This document shows positions 1 through 10,120 of a stretch of DNA of 64,000 nucleotides, piece after piece. Position numbers and translations under genes: made by a program. Source of the DNA: an uncultured delta proteobacterium (lineage in GTDB: Bacteria; Myxococcota_A; Polyangia; Polyangiales; B10-G4); assembly GCA_963727445.1 (NCBI GenBank), contig CAVSGI010000006.1:608001-672000 (forward strand), written 5' to 3'. Numbering within the stretch: the stretch's first letter is position 1; every line of letters starts with the position of its first letter. Under the pieces are notes generated by a model. The model was not told the origin of the DNA. It worked only from the letters and a program-made list of their open reading frames with translations, and searched no databases.

Positions 1-593
1 GCCGAGACCTCGAGCACCAGGGTCGAGACCGCCGGGGTGAGCCCGAGCAGGCCGTAGGCCACGGCGCGCCGCACCTGGTGTCGGGTCGCGCGGGCCGCGG
101 ACGCATGCACCCGCTCGCCGTAGGGCGCGGCGCCGGACGCTTCGCGATACCCGGCATCTTCTGCGGGAGCGCGCTTTTCGGCGAGGGCGGCGAGGATGAC
201 GGTGCAGGCCGGCGACTTCGTGTTGAGCTCGACGGTATGCGGCTCGTACTTCTTCAGGTGGGGCTCGAGGTCCCGGAGGACGATGTCGACATACCTCGGC
301 CAGTCGCGTAGCGCGTAGTGGGCGATCACCGGTGCCGCGAGGCCTGCCGCGTAGAGGGCGCCGTAGAGCCAGTCGATGGGCGGCACGTCGCGGGCGCAGA
401 GGTAGCTGATGTACAGGCCAGCGAGGCCGATGGGGACCGACCAGCCGGCGACGAGGAGGCCGCCGAGGCGCGTGTAGCCCTGCGGTCGGTTGGCCGTCTT
501 GCCGGTCCAGCTCCCGGTCACGATGGACACGCCGAGGGAGAGGAACATGAGGCCGGCTGCGAGAGCGACCGCTGCGAGAAGGAGCAGCCCCAT
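1..593 (-). CDS. Hypothetical membrane protein, partial (runs off the left edge)
   Basis: Not in the ORF track. Read manually: ATG at 593, MGLLLLAAVALAAGLMFLSLGVSIV..., open to position 1, with several hydrophobic segments. Starts 5 nt after the stop of the radical SAM gene. Confidence 0.65.
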   Translation of the reverse strand, partial: MGLLLLAAVALAAGLMFLSLGVSIVTGSWTGKTANRPQGYTRLGGLLVAGWSVPIGLAGLYISYLCARDVPPIDWLYGALYAAGLAAPVIAHYALRDWPRYVDIVLRDLEPHLKKYEPHTVELNTKSPACTVILAALAEKRAPAEDAGYREASGAAPYGERVHASAARATRHQVRRAVAYGLLGLTPAVSTLVLEVS

Positions 594-598
594 GACCG

Positions 599-2374
599 TC
601 AGCTCCGTAGGAGTGGAAGCGCTCGCCCGGTCGGCTCGGGGTCGCCCATGCCGGAGATGATCGCGCGCGTGATGGGGTGGATGAGCACGATGATGCGGTC
701 GAGGGCGCCGAGCGCCTGCGCGCTGGCCGTGGGCTCGCTCTTCTCGTAGGAATAAGCGACGCCGGGCAGGATGCGCAACGCGCGGGTGTCCGGCTCGGCG
801 GGAACGGCGCGGAGGACGACCTCTCCCGTGGTGTGAGAGAGCACGATCCTCAGTCCCTGGCGCGCGTCACCGTCGATGACGGTGACCTCCGCCAACGTGA
901 AGACGCCGAGCGAGTCGACGCGCCGCGCGAGGGCGTCGTGCATGTGCTTGTGTGCGACGCCGGCGTCGGTCGCGGGCGGGTCCGTGGACGAAAAGGAGAT
1001 CGGTTCCTCCCGTATACCCGCCGCGGCGCGATGTGCGTCGCGCTGGCCGGGCCGCGGGAACTTCCAGGTGCCTCCGTGGGGGATGTCCCCGCTCTCGTCG
1101 TGAGCGAAGTCGTCGAGCCACCGGCAGGTGTCCTCGAGCTCCTCTCGAGACCAGCCGCGGCAGGAGATGAGCTGAAGCGTGAAGGGGTCGTAGACCATCG
1201 CGTCGCGGGCCGGTGCGTTCTTCATGAACGCGCTCGGAAGCACCAGACAGTGGAAGACCCGGATCGAGGCGGGGAGCTTCAGGACGCGCTCCAGGGTGCG
1301 CTTGAAGCTGTCGGGGTCATCGCCGGGGAGGCCGAGGATGATCTCGACCGTCGTGTCCGGGACGATCGACGCCACTTCGGCCACGACTCGGTCGAAGCGC
1401 TCCTCGTCGAAGGGCCGGTCGACGTGTTTCAGCACCGACGCGTCATACGATTGGAGGCCGATGCCGGCGTAGGCAGCGCGCGCGGACTCGAGGAAGGCGA
1501 GGTGCCCGTCTTTCATGTGCGAGGGATAGACCTCGCAGCGCAGGCCTCCGAGCTTTGCCAGGGCGCCGACCTCGGCCTCCGCCCGAGACAGGTTGGCGAA
1601 GGCGCGGCTGCTCAGGTTCAGGGCCGGGTCCACCAACCAGGTGCCCTTGACGTCCAACTTGGAGAGCGCCTCGAGCTCGCGCACCAGATGTTGGTGGCCG
1701 AAGACCCGCGACCGTACGCCGGTGTCGCCCCAGGCGCAGTAGGCGCACGACAACGGGCAGCCGCGAAAGGACTCGAACTGCGCCGTGACGCCGTCGGGCA
1801 TCAAGCCGAGTTGGTAGGGCGACGGGTGGACGTCGGGGGGACCATAGTCGCGGAGCGGCGTCTCAATCCACGCGTCACCGTCGTGGACCGCCAGCCCCGG
1901 GATCTTCGCGAGGGCCCCGCGGTCGAGCGCGGGGGAGAGCAGGATCTCCTGAATCGCCGCCTCGCCGTCCCCGATACAGATGGCGTCGACCACCTCTGCT
2001 CCGTCGGCGTGCTGCGGTAGCTCGAACATCTCCGGACGGCTCGAGGGGCCGCCGAAGATGATCGTCCGCTCGGGGCGCGCGCGCTTCGCTCGGCGGCAGG
2101 TTTCGAGGAGCGTGGGGAAGGACCACACGTACGCGCTGGTGCCGATCACGTCCGGGTCGAAGGCCTCGATCCGCTCCAAGAGCGCGTCCACGTCGAGGGT
2201 GCGCATCTCGATGAGCGTGTGCTCGGTGATCTCGCCGAGGATCTCGTGGCCGACGATGGCGGCCTGGATCCGTCGTACCGCGTAGTTGAAGGGTTGGTTG
2301 TCCACGCTCTCGGTGAGCTGCCACGGATCCAGGCAGAGCAGCGCCACACGACGTGGCTTCACGGAGGGGGGCAT
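599..2374 (-). CDS. Cobalamin-binding radical SAM enzyme (copy 1) with C-terminal extra domain
   Basis: CxxxCxxC motif FRGCPLSCAYC; B12-binding-like segment PDVIGTSAYVWS...IIFGGP; ILGLPGDD. Likely start MPPSVK at 2374, just after the upstream stop. Confidence 0.9.
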   Translation of the reverse strand: MPPSVKPRRVALLCLDPWQLTESVDNQPFNYAVRRIQAAIVGHEILGEITEHTLIEMRTLDVDALLERIEAFDPDVIGTSAYVWSFPTLLETCRRAKRARPERTIIFGGPSSRPEMFELPQHADGAEVVDAICIGDGEAAIQEILLSPALDRGALAKIPGLAVHDGDAWIETPLRDYGPPDVHPSPYQLGLMPDGVTAQFESFRGCPLSCAYCAWGDTGVRSRVFGHQHLVRELEALSKLDVKGTWLVDPALNLSSRAFANLSRAEAEVGALAKLGGLRCEVYPSHMKDGHLAFLESARAAYAGIGLQSYDASVLKHVDRPFDEERFDRVVAEVASIVPDTTVEIILGLPGDDPDSFKRTLERVLKLPASIRVFHCLVLPSAFMKNAPARDAMVYDPFTLQLISCRGWSREELEDTCRWLDDFAHDESGDIPHGGTWKFPRPGQRDAHRAAAGIREEPISFSSTDPPATDAGVAHKHMHDALARRVDSLGVFTLAEVTVIDGDARQGLRIVLSHTTGEVVLRAVPAEPDTRALRILPGVAYSYEKSEPTASAQALGALDRIIVLIHPITRAIISGMGDPEPTGRALPLLRS

Positions 2375-2384
2375 CGTCCCCACT

Positions 2385-4751
2385 CTACGATGCGGGTGCG
2401 TCGTCGGCCAACCGCTGGGCCCAGCTCGCGTACCGGTCCCGGACCCGCGCATGGGACGGCTCGACCCGCACGCCGCCGATGACGATGAGCGTGGGCTCGT
2501 CCAGCACCGAGAGGTCCTCGCGGGGATCGCGCGGATAGACGACGAGGTCCGCCGGCGCACCTTCGGTGATCGCGGGCTCGCGGAAGTAGGCGCGCGCGCC
2601 GAAGGAGCCGGCGGCGAGGGCGGCCATACGCGAGAGCCCCAGCTCGTGGAGCTGCCGAATCTCGTCGGCGACGGTCACCTCGGGGAAGAGATCGGTCCCG
2701 GCGAGGATCAGCACGCCGCGCGACTCGGCGTGGGGAAGGAGCTCGGCCAGGCGCACCATCGTCTGCTCGATCCACGTCGCGCGTTCGGGCTGCCGGTCGC
2801 GTCGCGCGATCCGCCACATCGGGTGCGCGATCGCGGTGAGAGGAGCCCATGCCGTGCCGCGCTGCGCCATCTCCGCCAACAGCGCTTCGTCGAGCCCCCA
2901 CCCGTGCTCGAGGCTGTCCACGCCGGCGCGCACGGCGACCTCGGCCCCCGCGTGCGTGAAGCAGTGGGCGGCGACGCGTCCCCCGAGCGAGTGGACCACG
3001 CGCACCGCCTCCGAGAGCAGGGGCAGCGGATAGCTGACCGCGTCGTCGCGGGTGAACCCGGAGTTGATGCGGCCGCGGTAGTCGCTGGTGAAGTCCGCGA
3101 AGACCTTGACCCAGCGCCCGCCGCGCTCGATGCGCTCCGCAGCGGCGCGCACCAGGTCCTCTGGCTCGGTGGCGGTGAAGGGCCACTCGTCGTTGCGCAG
3201 GATCATCGTGCCGCATGCGTGAACGCGCGGCAGGCCGGGCACGTCCAGGAGCTGACTGGGGGCGTCGTCGATCGAGCCCATGTCGCGGATCGCGGTGACG
3301 CCCGTCACCGCGTAGTCGGTGCGCCGCTCGTCGAGCCAGGCCTCTGTGCTCACCGGCGCGTCGCGATCGTGGGGATAGCTGATGTGTCCGTGGCATTCGA
3401 AGAGCCCCGACGTCACGAAGGCCGAGCCCCGGGTCAGGAGCTCCGCATCGGCGGGTCCCGCCGAGTGAATGCATCCGTCCACCACGAAGAGGTCTCGCGT
3501 GCGTCCGTCCGGCAGCGTGGTGCCGTGGACTCTCGCGCCGCGCTCGTCGCTCGACGGCGCGATCCGCGGCGCGTCCGCGGGGTAGACCAGGGGCCACCGC
3601 GTGCTCGCGGCGGGGTCGCCGGGGTGGGCGTCGGGGGCCGAGTTTTCGAGGAGCATCCGCATCTTCGGCGTGGTCGGCGCCTTGATGCGCGCGCCGTCGG
3701 CGAAGCAGTGCAGGGCGAGCGCTGCGCGCGGCGAGTCCCCTTCGTTCGGAAAGGCGCCGTGGATCATCTTGCCGTCGTGGAAGCTCACGTCGCCGGCGAA
3801 GACCGGGGGGAGCGTGTCCACGACGAGGCCGGCCTCCGCGATGATGGTGGCGAACTCGGCCTCGCTCACGTCGTTGATGTCCTCCACGTGGGCGATGCCG
3901 AGTCGCTGGGCCCCGCGAGCGAAGCGGAGCAGGCCGTCTCGTGGCCCGACGTCACCGAGCGGGATCCAGCAGGTGATCGTCGCCTCCGCGTCGAAGGGGA
4001 AGACAGCCTCGTCCTGGTGCCAGGGGGTGATGCCGGCGCCCGCCTCTTTGATGAGCCAGTCCTCGCAGAAGAGGCGAAGCGACGAGACGCCCATCAGCTG
4101 CGCGGCCATCCCGAGGACGCGCCTCGACCACGCGAAGGTGCGGAGCTCCGGATCCGAGAGCCCGAGGTCGACGATCTGGGTGAAGGATCGCGCGTAGGCG
4201 TCGGGGCGCGCGTTGGGCGGCGGGAGGTCTCTCGGCCATGCGCGCTCGAGGGCGAACCACAGATGCGGCGCCGCGGCCAGGACCACGTCGCGGCCCAGCG
4301 CGCGGCGAACCAGCACGTGCCCGTCGCGCCGGTAGGCGTCGATGATCGCAGGGTCGAGGTCGACCTCGCTCGCGAGATGGGCGCGTTGGTAGGGCGTTGG
4401 AAACCCAGCGTCGCGGGGAGGCGGAGCCAGTGTGGAGGCGGATGGATCGAAGCGCTCCGCCGACAGGAGCGCGGCGAGGGCGTCGATCGCGGCGTCGAGG
4501 GCTCTGCGGCGTGGCGGCGAGAGCTCGCCGTCGTAGCGGTAACTGAACGCGAGGGAACGGACTTCGCGGTAGCACCGGCCCCGCCCGGACGCCGGGCGGA
4601 CCTCCAAGACCAAGCTGGGCTCGTGCGCGAAAGCAATCCACACGGCGCCACGCTCCTGCCACATGCGGCTTGTCTCCAGCGTGCGGGCGGTGGCCTCGGC
4701 GACCGCATCCGCCATCCGCGAGCGCAGGTTCGAAGACCGTTCGCTCGACAT
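2385..4751 (-). CDS. Fusion: N-terminal unknown module + PhyH-family Fe(II)/2OG dioxygenase + metal-dependent amidohydrolase
   Basis: PhyH motifs TPWHQD...TCWIPL...GDVSFHDGKMIHGAFPN...R. Amidohydrolase motifs ECHGH, GVTAIRDMG, WVKVF, AAHC, SLEHG, LAGTD, GAPADLVV. Start MSSERS overlaps the upstream stop (TGATG). Confidence 0.85.
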   Translation of the reverse strand: MSSERSSNLRSRMADAVAEATARTLETSRMWQERGAVWIAFAHEPSLVLEVRPASGRGRCYREVRSLAFSYRYDGELSPPRRRALDAAIDALAALLSAERFDPSASTLAPPPRDAGFPTPYQRAHLASEVDLDPAIIDAYRRDGHVLVRRALGRDVVLAAAPHLWFALERAWPRDLPPPNARPDAYARSFTQIVDLGLSDPELRTFAWSRRVLGMAAQLMGVSSLRLFCEDWLIKEAGAGITPWHQDEAVFPFDAEATITCWIPLGDVGPRDGLLRFARGAQRLGIAHVEDINDVSEAEFATIIAEAGLVVDTLPPVFAGDVSFHDGKMIHGAFPNEGDSPRAALALHCFADGARIKAPTTPKMRMLLENSAPDAHPGDPAASTRWPLVYPADAPRIAPSSDERGARVHGTTLPDGRTRDLFVVDGCIHSAGPADAELLTRGSAFVTSGLFECHGHISYPHDRDAPVSTEAWLDERRTDYAVTGVTAIRDMGSIDDAPSQLLDVPGLPRVHACGTMILRNDEWPFTATEPEDLVRAAAERIERGGRWVKVFADFTSDYRGRINSGFTRDDAVSYPLPLLSEAVRVVHSLGGRVAAHCFTHAGAEVAVRAGVDSLEHGWGLDEALLAEMAQRGTAWAPLTAIAHPMWRIARRDRQPERATWIEQTMVRLAELLPHAESRGVLILAGTDLFPEVTVADEIRQLHELGLSRMAALAAGSFGARAYFREPAITEGAPADLVVYPRDPREDLSVLDEPTLIVIGGVRVEPSHARVRDRYASWAQRLADDAPAS

Positions 4752-5516
4752 CAGGACCCCGGCAAGAGCGACGCGAGGACCTCGTCGGCCTCGGCGGCGG
4801 CGCGGAAGGATTCGTCGACCCAGGAGGGCCGTGGCGCCCATGCGGCCGTGAGGTAGAAGGCGATGAAGATCCGGAGCCCCGCGGAGCGCTTTTCCGTCGC
4901 CGCGTGCCAGGTCGCCTGGTCGAGGAGGACGACGGTTCCCGCGGTGCAGAAAAGCTCGCGCTGCCCCGCCCAGTCGGTGGCCTTGGGATCGAAAGGCGGC
5001 TCGGTGGGGTCGGTGAGCGCCCGCGGCCGAATGCGCAGCGCGCCGTCCTCCGGCGATACGTCCTCCAGGTAGAGGAGCGCAGTGATCCGCTCCGGGCGCT
5101 CGTAACGCGGGAAGATCCCCTCCTTGCGATGACGGATGTTGTCGACGCCGCCCATGTGCGCGTGCCAATCGAAGAAGGGGCGTCGCCCCGACACGACGAC
5201 CGCGCTCGCGTATTCGAGGTACATGCCGGCGCCGAGCAACTCCCGCGTGACGCCGAGCACTTCGGGCGCGAAGATGTGTGCGCCGAGCTCGGGGAAGTGC
5301 GATCCCAGCTTGTGAAACACCAGGCCCACCGGCGAGATCTCGACGTCGGTCGCGGGCGCCTTCGGGGGCCGGGCGTAGGTCTCGGGGGACCCGAGGGCCT
5401 CGTAGCGCGCCACGATCGGCGCGCGGATGCGCGCCACCTCGTCCGCGGAGACCGAGATCCTCGAACACCGCGTATCCCTCGTCGAGGAGCGCGCGTGCCC
5501 GGGCCGACTCAGACAC
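4751..5516 (-). CDS. PhyH-family Fe(II)/2OG oxygenase-like protein (one apparent +1 indel near 5452)
   Basis: N-terminus (V)SESARARALLDEGYAVFEDL joins the frame of ORF 4751..5437 if one extra base is removed. Motifs WHAH, ITALLYLEDV...GALRI, GTVVLLDQATWHAA...R. GTG start overlaps the rSAM2 stop. Confidence 0.75.
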
Positions 5517-7143
5517 CGTCGCCTCCGAGGGGCGCCACGACCGGTCCCACGTCCTGGTGGAGCGCGGCGATGAACGAGCGCAGGCGCGACGCGCCTCCAG
5601 CCTCGAGCTCGCCACGGTGCGAGTAGGCGATGCCATCGTGCTCCGCGAAGAGCGCTTGCCCGGGCGTGGCCACGCGGGCTTCGAGCACCACCCCTCCTTC
5701 GCCGGCGTCGAGGTCGAGGATCAAACGCCCGCCGTCGGCGCGCGCGTCTCTGAGGCGGTAGCCCATCTGGGTGGAGGCTACCGCGCGGCGGAGGCGCGCG
5801 AGCGCGAGGTCACCGAGGGAGCGCGAGCGTTCGGCCGCGCCGTCGGTGCGAAAGTCGACCCAGTCGCGCCCGAAGTTCGGGCGGTGCATCTGGCCTGCAA
5901 TCTCGCGGACGTAGGCCCATTCGTTCTCGAGGTCCTCGCGGCTCCATCCGAGGCAGGACTCGATGGCGAAAGTCTCCGGATCGAAGACCAGATCGAACTC
6001 CTCCGCGCGTTCGAGGAGGGCGTCGGGCAGCGCCAGGCAGTAGAAGACGCGCACCGTCGCGGGGATCGAGAGGGCCCGTTCGAAGGTGCGGCGAAACGAG
6101 GCGGGATCGTCGCCGGGGAGGCCGAGGATGAGCTCGAGGTCGATCGGATATCGGCCCGAGAGCTCGTCGAGCACGCGAGCGAAGCGCGCGGCGTCGAAGG
6201 GCCGCCCGAGACCCTTCAGCACCGCTCCGTCGAAGCTCTGGATCCCCACCGCGAGCTCCACCCGGCCAAAGGTGTCGAAGAGATCGAGGTGCTCGTCCTT
6301 CAGGTAGGTGGGGTAGACGTGGCCCAGGACCTGGCGCGTCCCGAGCGCGCGCACCTCGCGCTCGGCAGCGGCGAAGTTGCGGAATGCGCGCGGGCTCAGG
6401 TTGAAGGCCGCGTCGAGCACGTGCACCCGCTCGACGCCCGCCGCGTCGAAGCCGCGCAGGTGCTCGGCGAGGTATTCGGCGGAGTACACGCGGTCGGCAC
6501 GCGCGTCGCCCCATTGGCAGAAAGCGCAGCTGATGGGGCAACCGCGGAAGGTCTCGAGGAAACCGTGCTCGGCCCGCGGGATGGTGCCGAGCTGGTAGGG
6601 CGACGCGTAGTCGTCGAGCGCCGGCCGCGCGGCCTCGCCGCTCGCGCGGAAACCCAGGGCGTGTGGGACGTGGAGTCCGGCGACTCGCTCGCGCCAGTCG
6701 TCGTTCCCGTGCTCTCTGACGATGGCGCGGATGACCTCTTCACCTTCACCGGTGGCGATGGCGTCGAAGAAGCGCGCGTAGGGAGCGTAGGGCGAGAGCG
6801 CCAGCACCGAAGGACGCGCCGCCGGCCCACCCATCACGACGCGGACCTCTGGGTCGTGCTTCTTCACCAGCTCGGCGACGCGACAGAAGAGCCCGATGGA
6901 CCAGATGTAGGCCGAGGCCGCGACGACGCTGGGTCCGAAGGCGCGGATCGCCTCGAAGTACGCCTCGGGGTCGTCCTCGCGGAGGTCGATGGCGCAAGTC
7001 TCCACGTGCCCGAGGTCGGGCGCGCTTCGAACCGAGGCCTCGAGCTTCCGGGCTGCGTAGGAGAAGGGGAGCGAGCCTCCCGACACGTCGCCCCAGACGA
7101 GGTCGCGGGCCAGGAACGCGACGCGGGGCTCTGAGCTCACCAT
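5509..7143 (-). CDS. Cobalamin-binding radical SAM enzyme (copy 2) with C-terminal extra domain
   Basis: FRGCPISCAFC; VVAASAYIWS...VVMGGP; ILGLPGDDPASFRRT. Clear paralogue of 599..2374. Confidence 0.9.
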   Translation of the reverse strand: MVSSEPRVAFLARDLVWGDVSGGSLPFSYAARKLEASVRSAPDLGHVETCAIDLREDDPEAYFEAIRAFGPSVVAASAYIWSIGLFCRVAELVKKHDPEVRVVMGGPAARPSVLALSPYAPYARFFDAIATGEGEEVIRAIVREHGNDDWRERVAGLHVPHALGFRASGEAARPALDDYASPYQLGTIPRAEHGFLETFRGCPISCAFCQWGDARADRVYSAEYLAEHLRGFDAAGVERVHVLDAAFNLSPRAFRNFAAAEREVRALGTRQVLGHVYPTYLKDEHLDLFDTFGRVELAVGIQSFDGAVLKGLGRPFDAARFARVLDELSGRYPIDLELILGLPGDDPASFRRTFERALSIPATVRVFYCLALPDALLERAEEFDLVFDPETFAIESCLGWSREDLENEWAYVREIAGQMHRPNFGRDWVDFRTDGAAERSRSLGDLALARLRRAVASTQMGYRLRDARADGGRLILDLDAGEGGVVLEARVATPGQALFAEHDGIAYSHRGELEAGGASRLRSFIAALHQDVGPVVAPLGGDGV

Positions 7144-7159
7144 CGAAGCATGACCGCGC

Positions 7160-9350
7160 TCAGCCGCCGATGCCACCGCCGAGATCCAGGTCGGGTAGGG
7201 GGAGGGCGTCGGTTTGAAGGCTGGTTTCGTTGTCCTGGTAGTGCATGCTCTCGGCGGTGAGCGACGTGAGGTCGAAGCCGGGCCCCGAGATGCAAGCGCC
7301 GATGGTGTTGTCCTCGATGTACCCGTCGGAGACCGTCAGAGTCGTGTCGCTCTCTCCGCCGCTGTCGAAGACGTAGAATCCCGCAGGTGGCGTTGTTGCC
7401 GCTCAGGAAACGCGAAAAGGTTGCGGCTGCGTCGGCGACGACCACCCCATGGCCCCGCGCCCCGGCGCCCGTTCTCGCGACGTTCGAGACGGTGAAGTCG
7501 TGGGCCTCGAGGGTGGCTTTCGTGACGACCAGCCCGTACTCGCGAAGGTCGTCCATCTGCACCCGCTCGAGCTCCGTTCGCGAGCTCGCCTGCGCCTGAA
7601 CGGCTCGGCCACCGACGCCATCGGGGGTGCCCGTGACGTGACGCACCACCACGTCGCTCAGCGACATCAGCGAGCCGCTGTGTTGTGCCAGCACTCCCAC
7701 GTCCACCAGATCCTCGAGCAGAGCGCGCGACAATCGAAGGGACGAGCCGAAGACGATGTTGGCGGCCCGCCCGCCGAAGCCGCCGGCCCCGGGGTGGTTG
7801 TTTCGAATCACGACGTCCGTGAGGTCGATCTGCGCGTTGTTCTGGCCGTTGATGGCCGTGGCGTAGCCGCCGTCGAAGCGCCCCCGGCTCACGGTGACCG
7901 AGGCGCTGTCGGCGTGAAGGTGGACGCCAATCTTGCCGCCCTCGTTGCTCGTCGCTTCGATGGAGAAGTCGCTCAGCTCCACCCTCGCTCCCGTCAACAA
8001 CACGAGCCCGCCGTCCTGGACGCGGGCGACCGCGACCCGCGATCCGGTGAAGGTGCTCTCCGATTCGACTACGAATCCACGGCCGGTCATGGGCACGGAA
8101 GAGGGAGTGCTGTCGCGCACCACCAGGTCGGTGACGTCCAAAGAGCTGGCATTTACGACCGATACCGAGAAGACGTCGACGCCCGACAGCACCACGCGCT
8201 CCGCCTCGAGCGTGCCGCCGACATCGACCAGGATCCCGTATCCCCTGGGGTTGCCCCTCGGCGCGGCGACGTCGCGGATCACCACGTCCGAGAGGCTCGC
8301 GGATGCCTCGAGGTCGGCGACGCCCGCTTCGGCGCAGCGCTCGACGAGGACTCGCGAGAGCGTGAGTGTCGCCCCCATGTCGACGTTGAACGCCCGCCCT
8401 CCTTCTCCGCTCGCCGGCACCGTGTCCAAGACCGCGGCGTCGCTCATGGACACCGCGACCCCTTCGCCCCGAATGATGACGCCGCCCTTGGTGCTGTTGC
8501 GGATGACGAGGCGCTGCGCGTCGATGGTGCCCCCGAGGAGAAGAAAGGCGAGACCTTGGCCGAGCTGGGGTGTCACGTTTTCGATCAGAACGTCGGCGAC
8601 CTCGAGATGCGCGTCGCCGGCGCTCACGGCGAAGGCCTCTCGTAGCACTCCGTCGACGACGACGCCCTCTACGCGCAGGTGTCCAGTGCCGAGTTGAACA
8701 CCGCGCTGAGGCGCGCCGCGGATCGTCACGTTGCGGAGCACCGCTGGATCACCGTCGGCGGTGACCGTCACCACCTGCGCCACGGGCGCGTCGACACCGG
8801 TGAGTACGGTTCGGGCCGCGCAGGCGCCGACGACCTCGACGCCAGGACGCAGCGGGAGCGAGCCCGCGTAGGTCCCGGGCCCCAGCGCCACCACCGTCCC
8901 CGAGCCGAGAGAGCTCCAGTTGACCTGCGACAGCGATGTGTAGGGCGCGCCCCGGCTCCCGTCGCCATTTGCTGCTGCGCTTTCGAGCACGTAGATGGTT
9001 CCGGAGACTTCGGCGAATTCGCCCGAGGGGCACACGTCGCCCACGGGCCGGCAGCCCGCCTCACCGACGAAGTGCGCTTCACCGTCGGCGCAATCCGCCG
9101 GGCCGCCTTCTGGGTAGGGGTCGCATTCGACGATCCCGTCGACTGTCACCTCGCGCCATCCCGACGGACACGGCGTCAGCACCGGCGCGGCAACCGGCGG
9201 CTCGCCCTCCGCGAGCCACGGGATCTGTGGTGGCGTGACGCGCTCCTCCACCATCGAGGCGTCGCCGCCGGCATCTGCGCTCGAGTCCGGACCGGAGCAC
9301 CCGGCCACGAGGCTGAAGATCACTGCGACGGCGGCGCGCGGAGACACCAC
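7160..9350 (-). CDS. Secreted lipoprotein with Cys-rich N-terminus, DUF1565-like motif and right-handed beta-helix repeats (apparent indel near 7377)
   Basis: Lipobox-like LVAGC; YVLESAAANGDGSRGAPYTSL; repeated V..VVIRD..GRG units. A shifted frame gives the C-terminus ...GACISGPGFDL...LPLPDLDLGGGIGG* ending at 7160, matching the paralogue at 11320. Confidence 0.75.
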
Positions 9351-9397
9351 CAGATCATACTCGAACGCGCGCGCAGGCTTCTGGCATTCTGCGGTCG

Positions 9398-10120
9398 GTG
9401 CGGATCACGGGGCAGAGCAGGTGTCCTCGCTGTGGGCTGCCGGCGCCGGACGCGAAGCCCTGTGCGCGGCACGTGCTCGTCTCGGGTCGTCGCGTGGCGT
9501 TCGGCCAGTCGAGCCAGCTCGCGTTCACCATGACCCTGAGCGGGATCCTGATCGGCATCGTCCCTTCGGTGCTCGTGGGGATGGCGTTCCACGGCGGCAT
9601 CGGCGCCTGCTCGTTCTTCGGGTTCGGGCCGCTGTGTGGCGTGCTGCTCGGCTACGTGGGGTCGCGCATCGCGGAGCGGCGCGAAGAGGCGAGGCAGCGA
9701 GCGCTTCGGGAGGCCGCGAAGCGCGCTGCGTCGACGCTCCCCTGGGCGTCGGACGAGGGGGAGGGGAGGGTCCGGATACGCGGGCGGATCCGCGTCCTCC
9801 GCAGCGTGACGGATCCCCTCTTGAAGACGCCGGTCGCGGCGGCCACCGACTATCGCGGCGAGCGGGTCTGCGGCCGCTTCGAGGTGGTGGGGGACGGCGT
9901 CGTGGGCGTGGTCGACGACGACTTGATCGAGCTCTGGGACGATTGGGGCTGGACCGTCAGGCTGAACGACGGAGACGAAGTCGAGGTCGCGGGGGAGGCG
10001 AAGCGCGGGCCCCTCGACGATGGTGAGGAGGGCTATCGCGACACGGCGATGGGGATGATCTTCGACGGGCGCCCCGGCCAGCCGGTGCACGTATTCCTCG
10101 TCCGCCCGTCCGGGTTTTGA
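9398..10120 (+). CDS. Hypothetical membrane protein with N-terminal CxxC...CxxH motif
   Basis: CPRC...CARH, two hydrophobic helices, then a soluble domain. Protein-like composition. Confidence 0.6.
   Translation: MRITGQSRCPRCGLPAPDAKPCARHVLVSGRRVAFGQSSQLAFTMTLSGILIGIVPSVLVGMAFHGGIGACSFFGFGPLCGVLLGYVGSRIAERREEARQRALREAAKRAASTLPWASDEGEGRVRIRGRIRVLRSVTDPLLKTPVAAATDYRGERVCGRFEVVGDGVVGVVDDDLIELWDDWGWTVRLNDGDEVEVAGEAKRGPLDDGEEGYRDTAMGMIFDGRPGQPVHVFLVRPSGF

Noticed and set aside
2385..5636. 1083-aa ORF as a single protein
   Set aside because: Its first ~295 aa are mostly off-frame read-through of the upstream PhyH gene caused by an indel. The real start is at 4751 (TGATG coupling).
1..9400. RiPP precursor peptide for the radical SAM operon
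   Set aside because: No intergenic space or small ORF with leader/core features was found. One may lie outside the window.
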